From assembly GCA_937148845.1 (NCBI GenBank), contig CAKZRW010000025.1, positions 2,318 to 66,317 of the forward strand: a stretch of DNA of 64,000 nucleotides, in the 5' to 3' direction. This document shows, in pieces, positions 1-8,472 of the stretch; the stretch's first letter is position 1, and each line of letters starts with the position of its first letter. The notes under the pieces were generated by a model. It was not told the DNA's origin. It did not search any database and saw only the letters and a program-made list of their open reading frames with translations. A program made the translations under genes and the position numbers. The DNA comes from an uncultured Actinomycetes bacterium. GTDB taxonomy: Bacteria > Actinomycetota > Thermoleophilia > RBG-16-64-13.

Positions 1-389
1 CCGTCCAGCGCAGGGTCGAGACCTTCCCGTCCGGAAGCGACGATCTCCGCTGCGCCAGTAGGGCCGGAGAGATCTTCCAGCACCTCCCCGTCCATGGGCT
101 CTGGGCGTCGGCGGCGAAGGAAGTCGTAGGCCGCGTTCACCACGATCCGATGGAGCCAAGTGCTGAAGAGCGCGTCTCCCTTGAAGGAGTCGAGGTTGCG
201 GAAAGCCTTGATGAAGGCTTCTTGAGTAACATCGGCAGCGTCCCAGGGATTGCCGAGAGTACGAAGCGCAAGGTTGTAAGCTCGACGCTCGTGGCGTCGA
301 TAGAGGTCTGACAAGGCCTCGGTGTCGCCCTGTCGGGCGCGCTGGACGAGGTGGCCGTCAGGATCAAGTCCCTGGGAGTCGGTATTCAC
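1..389 (-). CDS. ECF-type sigma-70 family RNA polymerase sigma factor (partial: N-terminal region 2 in window, C-terminus beyond window edge)
   Basis: Minus-strand frame from GTG (~387-389) reads VNTDSQGLDPDGHLVQRARQGDTEALSDLYRRHERRAYNLALRTLGNPWDAADVTQEAFIKAFRNLDSFKGDALFSTWLHRIVVNAAYDFLRRRRPEP..., a textbook sigma-70 region 2.1-2.4 (ECF) signature. AGGAGA Shine-Dalgarno lies ~8 nt upstream of the GTG. The frame stays open to position 1. The track ORF 137..367 is a different, spurious frame. Confidence 0.75.
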   Translation of the reverse strand, partial: MNTDSQGLDPDGHLVQRARQGDTEALSDLYRRHERRAYNLALRTLGNPWDAADVTQEAFIKAFRNLDSFKGDALFSTWLHRIVVNAAYDFLRRRRPEPMDGEVLEDLSGPTGAAEIVASGREGLDPALD

Positions 390-532
390 TCTTGCCAAAT
401 TCTCCTGTTGCCCGCGCCGGTACCGCTTGGCCTCGGCGCCTCCTCATTCTAACAGCGGAGACTGTGATAACGTCCGCAGGTGCTGGCGCACATGGTAGTG
501 GATCTCCCTAAGGCAAGAGGAGGTGAGCAGAC

Positions 533-1030
533 GTGGTTGAAGAGAAAGGGAGCCGACGAGAAGGGGAAAAGCAGGCGGCGGCCGAGACGCGGAGTGGGGG
601 CGAGCCCCAGGGCCGCACACATGGCGGCGCGGAGGCACAGGCAGAGCCGCAGGCTGATGGGGAGACGATCAGACGCCTGCAGGCCGAACTGGACCGCCTG
701 AGTGTCGCCGATCATCTGGTGCTCATGATGCAGTCTCTCTGCACCTTGGCTCTCAACCGCCTGGGCTTGACCAAAGAGAGCGGGAGGGACCGAGATTTCG
801 AGCAAGCCCGGCTGGCGATCGATGCCTTCAAAGCCCTGGTGGGGGTGATGGAGCCGGTTCGGCCCGCAGAAGAGATCAGAGCACACAAGGCTGTGCTCGC
901 TCAGCTACAGATGACCTATGTGGCGACGCTGGACAGGGCGGCCGGTAGGACGAGTCCTGGCCACGACGCAGGACAAGCTGGCGGCGACGCCGCGGGAGCT
1001 CAAGAAGCCAGAAGCGAGGAAACATCATGA
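533..1030 (+). CDS. DUF1844 domain-containing protein (start codon uncertain; low-complexity K/E/R/G N-terminus)
   Basis: C-terminal part DHLVLMMQSLCTLALNRLGL...DFEQARLAIDAFKALVGVMEP...EIRAHKAVLAQLQMTYVA resembles DUF1844 proteins. Stop overlaps the mtnP start (ATGA coupling). Confidence 0.55.
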   Translation: MVEEKGSRREGEKQAAAETRSGGEPQGRTHGGAEAQAEPQADGETIRRLQAELDRLSVADHLVLMMQSLCTLALNRLGLTKESGRDRDFEQARLAIDAFKALVGVMEPVRPAEEIRAHKAVLAQLQMTYVATLDRAAGRTSPGHDAGQAGGDAAGAQEARSEETS

Positions 1031-1890
1031 GCGTGCGCATCGGGATCATCGGTGGCAGTGGGCTGTACGACATGGCGGAGCTCACTGACCGGGAAGAGGT
1101 GAAGTTGACCACTCCGTTCGGCGAGCCGAGTGGGCCGTATGTCATCGCGACTCTGCGAGGGCAGCGGGTGGCCTTCTTGGCTAGACACGGGGCAGGCCAT
1201 CGCATCACACCTTCGGAGCTCAATTTCCGCGCCAACATCTTCGGCTTCAAACTCCTGGGAGTGGAGCGCATCCTCTCGGCGAGTGCCGTGGGTAGTCTCA
1301 AAGAAAAGTATCCGCCGTTGGATGTGGTGATTCCCGATCAGTTCTTCGACCGCACCAAAGGCCGGGTCAGCACTTTCTTTGCAGGGCGGGGGATGGCAGT
1401 GCATGTCTCTTTTGCCCACCCGGTCTGTCCGGAGCTCAGTCGGGTCGCCTATGAGTCGGCGGTGGCAGCGGGTGCGCGTGCGCACCTAGGAGGCACCTAC
1501 GTGTGCATCGAAGGCCCTCAGTTCTCCACGGTGGCTGAATCGCAGCTTTACCGGAGTTGGGGGTTCGACGTCATCGGCATGACGAACCTGCAGGAAGCCA
1601 AACTGGCACGGGAGGCCGAGATCTGTTACACCACCATCGCCCTGGTGACCGATTTCGATTGCTGGCACCCCGAGCATGACAGTGTGACCGTGGACATGAT
1701 CGTGTCCAACCTACTGCAGAACGCGCAGATGGCTCAGCGCCTGATCGCGGAAGCGGTCTCTCGGGTGCCTGAGACTCGTGCCTGCTCCTGCGGAAAGGCC
1801 TTGGCAGCCGCGATAATAACCAGCAGAGAGGCCATTCCGGAAGAGACCAAGCGGGAACTGGCTCCTCTCCTCAGTAAGTACGTGTCGTAG
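1027..1890 (+). CDS. mtnP: S-methyl-5'-thioadenosine phosphorylase (MTAP/PNP family)
   Basis: 287 aa. MSVRIGIIGGSGLYDM...GMTNLQEAKLAREAEICYTTIALVTDFDCW motifs are typical of MTAP. ATGA overlap with the upstream gene. Confidence 0.9.
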   Translation: MSVRIGIIGGSGLYDMAELTDREEVKLTTPFGEPSGPYVIATLRGQRVAFLARHGAGHRITPSELNFRANIFGFKLLGVERILSASAVGSLKEKYPPLDVVIPDQFFDRTKGRVSTFFAGRGMAVHVSFAHPVCPELSRVAYESAVAAGARAHLGGTYVCIEGPQFSTVAESQLYRSWGFDVIGMTNLQEAKLAREAEICYTTIALVTDFDCWHPEHDSVTVDMIVSNLLQNAQMAQRLIAEAVSRVPETRACSCGKALAAAIITSREAIPEETKRELAPLLSKYVS

Positions 1891-1904
1891 GGAGGCCGAG
1901 TTGA

Positions 1905-2852
1905 GTGCCGGCAAGGATGTCAGGTGAGGACGCCATGAACCCTGTGCTTGCCGTCGGTTCCGTTGCTTTCGACACCATCAAGAACCCATTCGGAGAAGCT
2001 ACGCGCGTAGTGGGGGGCTCGGCTACCTATTTCTCCCTGGCTGCCTCGTTCTTCACCGAGGTGAGATTGGTGGCTGTAGTAGGTGAGGACTTCGCTGAAC
2101 GGGGAGGTCATGTCTTTGCCGGCCGCCCGATCGACCTCGGGGGGCTGCAGACGGTCCCCGGAGAGACTTTCCGCTGGAAGGGCGAGTACGGTTTCGACCT
2201 CAATGCCCGCGAAACCATCTACACCAAACTGAACGTCTTCGAAGACTTTCGACCGGTCATCCCCCAGACCTACCGCTCTTCGCCGTTTGTCTTCTTAGGG
2301 AACATCCACCCGCGGCTGCAGTTGGAGGTTCTGGAGCAGGTCCAAGGTCCGCGCTTGGTGGCGGCGGACACCATGAACTACTGGATAGAGGGCACCCCGG
2401 ATGAGCTGCGCGAGGTCCTGAAGCGCATCGACATCCTGATCATCAACGATTCCGAAGCTCGTGAGCTCTCCAGGCAGAGCAACCTGGTCAAGGCAGCCAG
2501 GGTCATCCGCTCGCTGGGGCCTTGCACGGTGGTCATCAAACGGGGCGAAAACGGAGTGCTTATGACCTGTGCCGGGGAAGGGGAGTTCTTCGCAGCTCCG
2601 GCGATGCCGTTGGAAGAGGTCTTCGATCCCACCGGTGCCGGAGACACCTTTGCCGGTGGTTTTGTCGGCTCGCTAGCGGCGTCGAATATTATCGACGAAG
2701 CGGCACTTGCGCGCGCCATCATATACGGGAGCACTCTGGCCTCGTTCACGGTAGAGGACTTCAGCGTCGACCGTCTCCTCAGACTGACCAAAGAAGAGGT
2801 CAGGGAGCGCTTCCGCTACTTCAAGCGCCTCACGCACTTCGAGGAAGCCTGA
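1905..2852 (+). CDS. PfkB-family carbohydrate/nucleoside kinase (ribokinase-like)
   Basis: 315 aa. Ribokinase-fold motifs NDSEARELS and DPTGAGDTFAGGF (C-terminal anion hole). Adjacent to mtnP, suggesting a nucleoside salvage module. Start may be the internal Met at ~1935. Confidence 0.8.
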   Translation: MPARMSGEDAMNPVLAVGSVAFDTIKNPFGEATRVVGGSATYFSLAASFFTEVRLVAVVGEDFAERGGHVFAGRPIDLGGLQTVPGETFRWKGEYGFDLNARETIYTKLNVFEDFRPVIPQTYRSSPFVFLGNIHPRLQLEVLEQVQGPRLVAADTMNYWIEGTPDELREVLKRIDILIINDSEARELSRQSNLVKAARVIRSLGPCTVVIKRGENGVLMTCAGEGEFFAAPAMPLEEVFDPTGAGDTFAGGFVGSLAASNIIDEAALARAIIYGSTLASFTVEDFSVDRLLRLTKEEVRERFRYFKRLTHFEEA

Positions 2853-2855
2853 GCG

Positions 2856-3428
2856 TCACTCCGGCTGACCGTCCGCGGTCGATACGGTGGAGTCCTCCGC
2901 ACCGGGGGAGGTAGTTTCGGGCGGAGAGGAGCTGTCCGGCAGCGGGAAGCTAGTCGGCTCAGCGCTGGGTTTCTCAGCCGTGTCTACCGGAGAGGTGGTC
3001 TCTTCTGCGGGCCGGGTCTCGATAGAGGGCTTGCTGTCATTCCCAGAGTGGGGCGTCGCCTCGATCGAGTCGTATGCGGTGGTAGAGGTCGGGAACTCCA
3101 CCACGAGCGAGTCTCCTTCGCGGCGGATCACGGTTTCCCTGACATAGGCCAGGACGGAGGCCTTGCGGGTGTCATCGGTCTCGCCGGCAAGTCTGATGTC
3201 GGCATCTAGCACACCGCCGTACAACCGTTCTACCAGGCCGATGGCCTCTTCCGAAGTAAGTTGCAGCGGCTGCAAGAGAGCGGCCACCTTGGACAGTATG
3301 GCCTTGAGGGCAGCCAAGGAGTCGCTCTCCTGTTGGTCTCCCTCCCCAGTTCTTCCCAGGAACTCCTCGTCTGCTTGGCCGTTTCGACGCTCGTGACGGT
3401 CACCATTGCGGCGGTCTTTCTTGCTCAT
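2856..3428 (-). CDS. hypothetical protein with S/T/P/E-rich low-complexity C-terminal tail
   Basis: 190-aa ORF, translationally coupled (ATGA overlap at 3425-3428) to the upstream epimerase gene. No recognisable domain. Its stop lies 3 nt from the convergent pfkB stop. Confidence 0.5.
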   Translation of the reverse strand: MSKKDRRNGDRHERRNGQADEEFLGRTGEGDQQESDSLAALKAILSKVAALLQPLQLTSEEAIGLVERLYGGVLDADIRLAGETDDTRKASVLAYVRETVIRREGDSLVVEFPTSTTAYDSIEATPHSGNDSKPSIETRPAEETTSPVDTAEKPSAEPTSFPLPDSSSPPETTSPGAEDSTVSTADGQPE

Positions 3429-4360
3429 CTGCCTTTCCTCTCGGTTTGGGCACGGTAGAACTCCACGGCGCGCTTCACTCCTTCACGCAAGTCCACTTGC
3501 CAAGCCCAGCCCAGCTCGCGGCGGGCTTTGCTTGCGTCCAGGGCGATGCGTTCCACTTCGCCGGGGCGGACTGGCGCATAGCGGGGCTCTGTGTCTACTC
3601 CCACGGCTTCGCGCACGGTCTCAAAGATCTCCAGATCGCTCACCTCGATCCCCCGTCCGAGATTGTAGATGCCGCTGGCTTGCCCGTTAAGGGCCAGCAG
3701 GTTGGCCTCGGCGATGTCGGTCACATAGCAGTAGTCCCGGGTCTTGGTGCCATCACCGAAGATGGTACACGGCCGTCCATTCAGCAGGGCCAGGGCGAAG
3801 ATAGCGACCACTCCCGCCTCCCCGTGGGGATCCTGCCGGGGTCCGTACACGTTGGGATAGCGGAGCACCACATAGTCGATATCGTGGTTGACCTTGTACG
3901 TGTGGAGATAGTGTTCGACCGTGTGCTTGCTGACACCGTAAGGGGAGATGGGCTCGATCGGGTGTTGCTCGTCCACGGGCAGGTACTTGGCCTGGCCGAA
4001 CATGGCACCCCCGGTTCCCGCATAAATAATCTTGCGCACCGCGAATTTCCGGCAGCACTCCAGCAGATTCAGTGAGCCGAGGATGTTCACCGAGGCATCG
4101 TGGGCGGGTTCGCGGACGGAGGCAGTCACATAGATGTGAGCCGCGTGGTGGACCACCGCGTCGGGCCGTTCTTGTGCGAAGACCTGGCGGAGCGCTTCCT
4201 CCCGGATATCAACCTCGTACAAGGTCGCCTTGCTCGGCGCATTCTCTCGCTTGCCGGTAGAGAGATTGTCGACGATGACTACCTGATAGCCGTCCGCAAG
4301 CAGGCGGTCGCTCACGTGTGAACCGATGAAGCCGGCTCCTCCGGTCACCAAGACCTTCAC
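3425..4360 (-). CDS. NAD-dependent epimerase/dehydratase (UDP-glucose 4-epimerase family, extended SDR)
   Basis: 311 aa. N-terminal VLVTGGAGFIGSH Rossmann motif and YxxxK catalytic motif (PYGVSKHTVEHY). Confidence 0.85.
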   Translation of the reverse strand: MKVLVTGGAGFIGSHVSDRLLADGYQVVIVDNLSTGKRENAPSKATLYEVDIREEALRQVFAQERPDAVVHHAAHIYVTASVREPAHDASVNILGSLNLLECCRKFAVRKIIYAGTGGAMFGQAKYLPVDEQHPIEPISPYGVSKHTVEHYLHTYKVNHDIDYVVLRYPNVYGPRQDPHGEAGVVAIFALALLNGRPCTIFGDGTKTRDYCYVTDIAEANLLALNGQASGIYNLGRGIEVSDLEIFETVREAVGVDTEPRYAPVRPGEVERIALDASKARRELGWAWQVDLREGVKRAVEFYRAQTERKGR

Positions 4361-4546
4361 AATCAGTCCTTTCTTGCCACCTCTGCTAGTAGTCTCGCGT
4401 CTACCGCCCGGGCGGGGCTGCAGGCGTCCTTGAAGGCTCCCTGGCCACGCGGCGGCGAGTATCGGCGTCTTGTGAACCCCCTACAGTGTAGTCCAGAAGC
4501 GGATCCCGGGTCAGCAGTGCGGCCGATAGGGGTGCAATCTATAGGG

Positions 4547-4552
4547 TATACT
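4547..4552 (+). promoter_or_regulatory. candidate -10 hexamer (TATACT) for the tRNA cluster
   Basis: AT-rich ctatagggTATACT ~30 nt upstream of tRNA-Pro in an otherwise GC-rich spacer. The same GGTATACT octamer recurs upstream of rplU. No good -35. Confidence 0.3.
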
Positions 4553-4583
4553 CTCGCGGCCGAGGCCAAAGGAGGGAGGCTGT

Positions 4584-4660
4584 CGGGACGTGGCGCAGCC
4601 TGGTAGCGCACCTGCTTTGGGAGCAGGGGGTCGGAGGTTCAAATCCTCTCGTCCCGACCA
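4584..4660 (+). tRNA. tRNA-Pro (anticodon TGG), CCA encoded
   Basis: Cloverleaf folded by hand. Acceptor cgggacg/cgtcccg, D-stem gcgc/gcgc, anticodon stem cctgc/gcagg with loop tTTGGga, T-arm ggagg-ttcaaat-cctct. Ends ...gaCCA. Confidence 0.85.
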
Positions 4661-4691
4661 TGGTCGGGCGCCAGGCAGTAGGCTCGAACAG

Positions 4692-4764
4692 GCGGGCGTA
4701 GCTCAGTTGGTAGAGCGTCAGCCTTCCAAGCTGAATGTCGCGGGTTCGATTCCCGTCGCCCGCT
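4692..4764 (+). tRNA. tRNA-Gly (anticodon TCC)
   Basis: GCGGGCGTAGCTCAGTTGGTAGAGC... with anticodon stem tcagc/gctga and loop cTTCCaa. T-loop TTCGATT. Acceptor 3' strand cgcccgc. No encoded CCA. Confidence 0.85.
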
Positions 4765-4802
4765 CTCTCGCCGGCCGCAGGTGGCGGTGGTAGTGAGCTG
4801 GT

Positions 4803-4876
4803 GCGCCTGTAGCTCAGTCGGATAGAGCAACGGACTTCTAATCCGTGGGCCGCAGGTTCGAATCCTGCCAGGCGCG
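4803..4876 (+). tRNA. tRNA-Arg (anticodon TCT)
   Basis: GCGCCTGTAGCTCAGTCGGATAGAGC with anticodon stem acgga/tccgt and loop cTTCTaa. T-loop TTCGAAT. Acceptor 3' strand caggcgc. Confidence 0.85.
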
Positions 4877-4895
4877 TCTCCGGCGGAGCGGTCGC

Positions 4896-4969
4896 GGTGA
4901 ACGTAGCTCAGTTGGCAGAGCACTGGGTTGTGGCCCCAGCGGTCGCGGGTTCGAGTCCCGTCGTTCACC
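4896..4969 (+). tRNA. tRNA-His (anticodon GTG) with genomically encoded G-1
   Basis: gGTGAACGTAGCTCAGTTGGCAGAGC with anticodon stem ctggg/cccag and loop tTGTGgc. An extra 5' G pairs with discriminator C73, as is typical for tRNA-His. Confidence 0.85.
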
Positions 4970-4981
4970 CCTTTGGTATCG

Positions 4982-5062
4982 GCGGGTGTGGCGGAATGGC
5001 AGACGCGCATGACTTAGGATCATGTGTCTTCGGACGTGGAGGTTCGAGTCCTCTCACCCGCA
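4982..5062 (+). tRNA. tRNA-Leu (anticodon TAG), type II with long variable arm
   Basis: GCGGGTGTGGCGGAATGGCAGACGC with anticodon stem catga/tcatg and loop cTTAGga. Variable-arm hairpin gtc-ttcg-gac. Acceptor 3' strand cacccgc. Confidence 0.8.
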
Positions 5063-5101
5063 CTCGGGAAGCCCGGTCGTACAGTTGAAGAAAGGATCGA
5101 A

Positions 5102-6574
5102 GTGAAGACGACCCTCGGCGAGCGCGAAGGCAACACGGTCAAGTTCACGGTCGAGGTCTCCAGCGAAGAGCTGCAGGAGGCGTTCGACAATCGCCTCAGG
5201 CAGTTGGCGAGAGAGGTACGCATCCCCGGCTTCCGTAAGGGGAAAGTCCCCCCGGCTCTGGTTCGCCAAAGGTTGGGGGAGCAGGCTGTTCTGGTGGACG
5301 CCATAGAGGAAGCGATGGGCGGGTGGTTCGCTACGGCTGCTATGCAGCTGGACCTGGACCCGGTGGACCGACCCCAGATCGAGTTGGTCGGCGATGAGCC
5401 GCCCGCCCTAGGGAGACCGCTCGGCTTCACGGCGTCGGTCACTGTCATGCCCGAGGTCGTCTTGGGCCAGTACAAAGGACTGGAAGTCCCCAAAGACCCG
5501 GTCGAAGTCACCGACGAAGAAGTCGACGCCCAGTTCAACCGGCTGCGCGAGGAATTCGCCGAGTTGCGGCCGGTAGAGGATCGCCCGGTAGTAAAGGGTG
5601 ATTATGTGACCGTGGATTTCCAGGCTTCCTATGAGGGTGAGAAGGTGGAAGGCCTCGAAGCCTCCGACTATGTGTTCGAAGTCGGCGGGGGCCGTATGTT
5701 CCCCGAGGTCGAAGAGCAGATGGTGGGGATGGCTGCGGGCGAAGAGCGGACCATCGTGGTGGCCCTGCCGGAGGATTTTCCTTTGGAACAGGTGGCGGGA
5801 AAGAGCGTCGATCTCACGATAACGGTCAAGGAGATCAAAGAGAAAGTGCTACCGCCGATCAGCGACCAGTGGGTTTCAGAGATCAGCGAGTTCGCTACCT
5901 TGCTGGAATTGCGCAACGAGATCCGCAACAAGATCCGAGCGGGGAAGACTTACGCGGCGGAACAACGCTTCCGCTCGCTAGCCGTGCAAGCTGCCGCCGA
6001 CAACGCCACTCTCGAGCTGCCTGAGGTCATCGTGCGGGAGCAGGCAGAGGAGATGGTGAATGATTTCAAACAGTCGCTGGAGTCGCGGGGCGGGTCGTTC
6101 GAGGCCTATCTGGAGGCTACCGGCACTACCCTGGAGCAGATGGTCGAGAATCTCAAACCCCAGGCGGCCAGGAATGTGAAGACCGGTCTAGTGCTCGACG
6201 CGGTGGCAAAGGCAGAAGGACTTGTGGCCAGTGACGAAGAAGTCAGTGCTGTGGTCGCCCAGGCGGCTAGAGCTGGCCGGGTCGACGCCAAGAAGTTCGA
6301 GGAGCAGCTCCGCAAGACGGGCAGGATCGAGACCTTCCGTTGGCAGATACTGCGCGATAAAGCCGCGGATTTCATAGCGGCGAACGCAGTGGCGGTGACC
6401 CAAGGTGAGGCGGCGGTGGCCGAAGCCAAGGCCGCGCTCGCCGCGGTCGAGAGCGGATCCGAAGTAGATGCGGCCGGCAGTGCCGCGGCGAGCGCGGCCC
6501 CCACCGCTGCCCCAGAGGCGCGGGTGGCGGAGGAGGAAGGTAGCGCCTCGGATGACGGCGAACAAGAGGCGTAG
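5102..6574 (+). CDS. tig: trigger factor (ribosome-associated PPIase chaperone) with Ala/acidic-rich ~70-aa C-terminal tail
   Basis: Track ORF starts at 5024 but that overlaps tRNA-Leu. GTG at 5102 with AAGGA Shine-Dalgarno gives VKTTLGEREGNTVKFTVEV..., aligning with trigger-factor N-termini. RIPGFRKGKVP ribosome-binding motif present. Confidence 0.9.
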   Translation: MKTTLGEREGNTVKFTVEVSSEELQEAFDNRLRQLAREVRIPGFRKGKVPPALVRQRLGEQAVLVDAIEEAMGGWFATAAMQLDLDPVDRPQIELVGDEPPALGRPLGFTASVTVMPEVVLGQYKGLEVPKDPVEVTDEEVDAQFNRLREEFAELRPVEDRPVVKGDYVTVDFQASYEGEKVEGLEASDYVFEVGGGRMFPEVEEQMVGMAAGEERTIVVALPEDFPLEQVAGKSVDLTITVKEIKEKVLPPISDQWVSEISEFATLLELRNEIRNKIRAGKTYAAEQRFRSLAVQAAADNATLELPEVIVREQAEEMVNDFKQSLESRGGSFEAYLEATGTTLEQMVENLKPQAARNVKTGLVLDAVAKAEGLVASDEEVSAVVAQAARAGRVDAKKFEEQLRKTGRIETFRWQILRDKAADFIAANAVAVTQGEAAVAEAKAALAAVESGSEVDAAGSAAASAAPTAAPEARVAEEEGSASDDGEQEA

Positions 6575-6595
6575 AGCCGAATAAAGGAGGCAGCG

Positions 6596-7180
6596 GTGAG
6601 TCCGCTCATCCCTATGGTTGTCGAGCAGACCAGCAGAGGCGAACGGGCGTTCGACATCTATTCACGCTTGCTGGCCGAACGGATCGTCTTCTTAGGTACC
6701 CCCATCACCGATCAAGTGGCCAACCTGGTCGTGGCCCAACTTCTCCATCTGGAGTCGGAGGACCCGGACAAGGACATCTCGCTCTATATCAACAGTCCGG
6801 GGGGGAACGTCTATGCCGGCCTCGCCATCTACGACACCATGCAATTCATCAAGCCGGATGTATCCACCATCTGCGTGGGTATAGCCATGTCGATGGCGGC
6901 GTTGCTCTTGGCCGGTGGGGCGAAAGGTAAACGCTACGCTCTGCCGAACTCAAAGATACTGATCCATCAGTTGTCGGGCGGATTCGAGGGTCCGGCTACG
7001 GATATCGAGATCCACGCTCGGGAGGCGCTCAGCCTGCGTAAGAGACTGGACGAGATCTTGGCCAAACATACAGGACAAGACTTGGAGAAGGTCCAACGGG
7101 ACACCGAGCGGGATTACTTCATGTCCGCGGAGGAGTCTCTCGCCTATGGGATCATCGACAAGATCATCGAGCACAGGTAG
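6596..7180 (+). CDS. clpP: ATP-dependent Clp protease proteolytic subunit
   Basis: 194 aa. Ser-His-Asp serine protease with GIAMSMAA active-site Ser context. AAGGAGG Shine-Dalgarno before the GTG. Confidence 0.95.
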   Translation: MSPLIPMVVEQTSRGERAFDIYSRLLAERIVFLGTPITDQVANLVVAQLLHLESEDPDKDISLYINSPGGNVYAGLAIYDTMQFIKPDVSTICVGIAMSMAALLLAGGAKGKRYALPNSKILIHQLSGGFEGPATDIEIHAREALSLRKRLDEILAKHTGQDLEKVQRDTERDYFMSAEESLAYGIIDKIIEHR

Positions 7181-7191
7181 GGGGTCGACTC

Positions 7192-8460
7192 GTGCCGAAG
7201 ATGTCCGGAGGGTCGGAGCAGCTGCTGTGCAGCTTTTGCGGTAAGAGCCAGCGCCAGGTCAAGAAGCTGATAGCAGGGCCGGGAGTGTACATCTGCGATG
7301 AATGCATCGATCTCTGCAATGAGATCATCGACGAGGAGTTTGCTCCGCGACCCACTCTTGACCTCGAACAATTGCCCAAGCCCAAGCAGATCTACAAAGT
7401 CCTGTCGGACTATGTGATCGGGCAGGAGAAAGCCAAAAGGGTCCTCTCTGTAGCGGTCTACAACCACTACAAGAGGGTATACATGGGTGCGGACGCGGAT
7501 GATGTGGAACTCCAGAAATCCAACATCCTCCTGCTAGGCCCCACCGGGTGCGGCAAGACCCTCTTGGCTCAGACCTTGGCCCGCATTCTCAACGTGCCTT
7601 TTGCAATCGCGGATGCCACGACCCTTACCGAGGCGGGCTATGTAGGCGAGGACGTGGAGAACATCCTGCTCAAGCTGATCCAGGCCGCTGATTACGACAT
7701 CAAACGGGCAGAGACCGGCATCATCTACATAGATGAGGTGGACAAGATCGCCCGCAAGGCTGACAACCCTTCTATCACTAGGGACGTGTCGGGGGAAGGG
7801 GTGCAGCAGGCCTTGCTCAAGATCCTGGAAGGCACCACTGCCAGTGTTCCCCCGCAAGGGGGCCGTAAGCATCCCCATCAAGAGTTTCTGACCATCGATA
7901 CCACCAATATCCTCTTCATCTGCGGGGGGGCCTTTGCTGGGCTGGAGAAGATCGTAGAGCGGAGGATCGGGAAAAAGGGCCTCGGGTTTGGAGCCGAGAT
8001 CGAGAGCAAGCGGGAAAAGGACGTGGGCGAGCTTTTTGAGCAGGTGTTGCCCGAGGACCTGTTGGAATACGGACTCATTCCCGAGTTCATCGGTCGTCTG
8101 CCTGTCATCTGTCACGTGCATCAACTGAGTGAGCAAGACCTGGTCTCCATCCTGACCGAACCGAAGAACGCACTCACCAAGCAGTATCGGAAGTTCTTCT
8201 CCTACGACGGTGTCGAGTTGGTCTTCGCCCGGGATGCCCTGGAGGCCATAGCCCAGGCGGCTATTCGGTTGGAAACCGGCGCCCGTGGACTGCGCTCCAT
8301 CATCGAAGAGGCGCTCATGAACGTGATGTTCGAGCTGCCAAGTCGCCGGGACGTGACCAAGTGTGTGGTCACACGGGAGGTCATAGAGCAGAAGATCGAC
8401 CCGACTCTAGTGACGAGTTCTGCGCACGAGGAGTTGGAGCTGGGTCAAGAGTCCGCGTAG
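7192..8460 (+). CDS. clpX: ATP-dependent Clp protease ATP-binding subunit ClpX
   Basis: 422 aa. N-terminal C4 zinc finger CSFCGK...CDEC, Walker A GPTGCGKT, and an IGF-like loop. Confidence 0.95.
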   Translation: MPKMSGGSEQLLCSFCGKSQRQVKKLIAGPGVYICDECIDLCNEIIDEEFAPRPTLDLEQLPKPKQIYKVLSDYVIGQEKAKRVLSVAVYNHYKRVYMGADADDVELQKSNILLLGPTGCGKTLLAQTLARILNVPFAIADATTLTEAGYVGEDVENILLKLIQAADYDIKRAETGIIYIDEVDKIARKADNPSITRDVSGEGVQQALLKILEGTTASVPPQGGRKHPHQEFLTIDTTNILFICGGAFAGLEKIVERRIGKKGLGFGAEIESKREKDVGELFEQVLPEDLLEYGLIPEFIGRLPVICHVHQLSEQDLVSILTEPKNALTKQYRKFFSYDGVELVFARDALEAIAQAAIRLETGARGLRSIIEEALMNVMFELPSRRDVTKCVVTREVIEQKIDPTLVTSSAHEELELGQESA

Positions 8461-8472
8461 GCGGGCAAGAGC

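Noticed and set aside
137-367. 76-aa minus-strand track ORF
   Set aside because: Wrong frame. A different minus-strand frame over the same bases gives an unmistakable sigma-70 region-2 sequence (the ECF sigma factor). This ORF is a high-GC frame artefact.
449-886. 145-aa minus-strand ORF and 480..701 plus-strand ORF overlapping the DUF1844 gene
   Set aside because: No homology and no Shine-Dalgarno. They overlap the DUF1844 frame, which has recognisable conserved motifs and ATGA coupling to mtnP.
4363-5023. Minus-strand ORFs 4363..4611, 4639..5010, 4838..5023 and plus ORFs 4590..4793, 4897..5088
   Set aside because: They run through the five hand-folded tRNA genes. They are arginine/proline-rich translations of structured RNA and not coding sequence.
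5024-5101. Upstream extension of tig to 5024
   Set aside because: Overlaps tRNA-Leu. Homology to trigger-factor N-termini begins at the GTG at 5102, which has an AAGGA Shine-Dalgarno.
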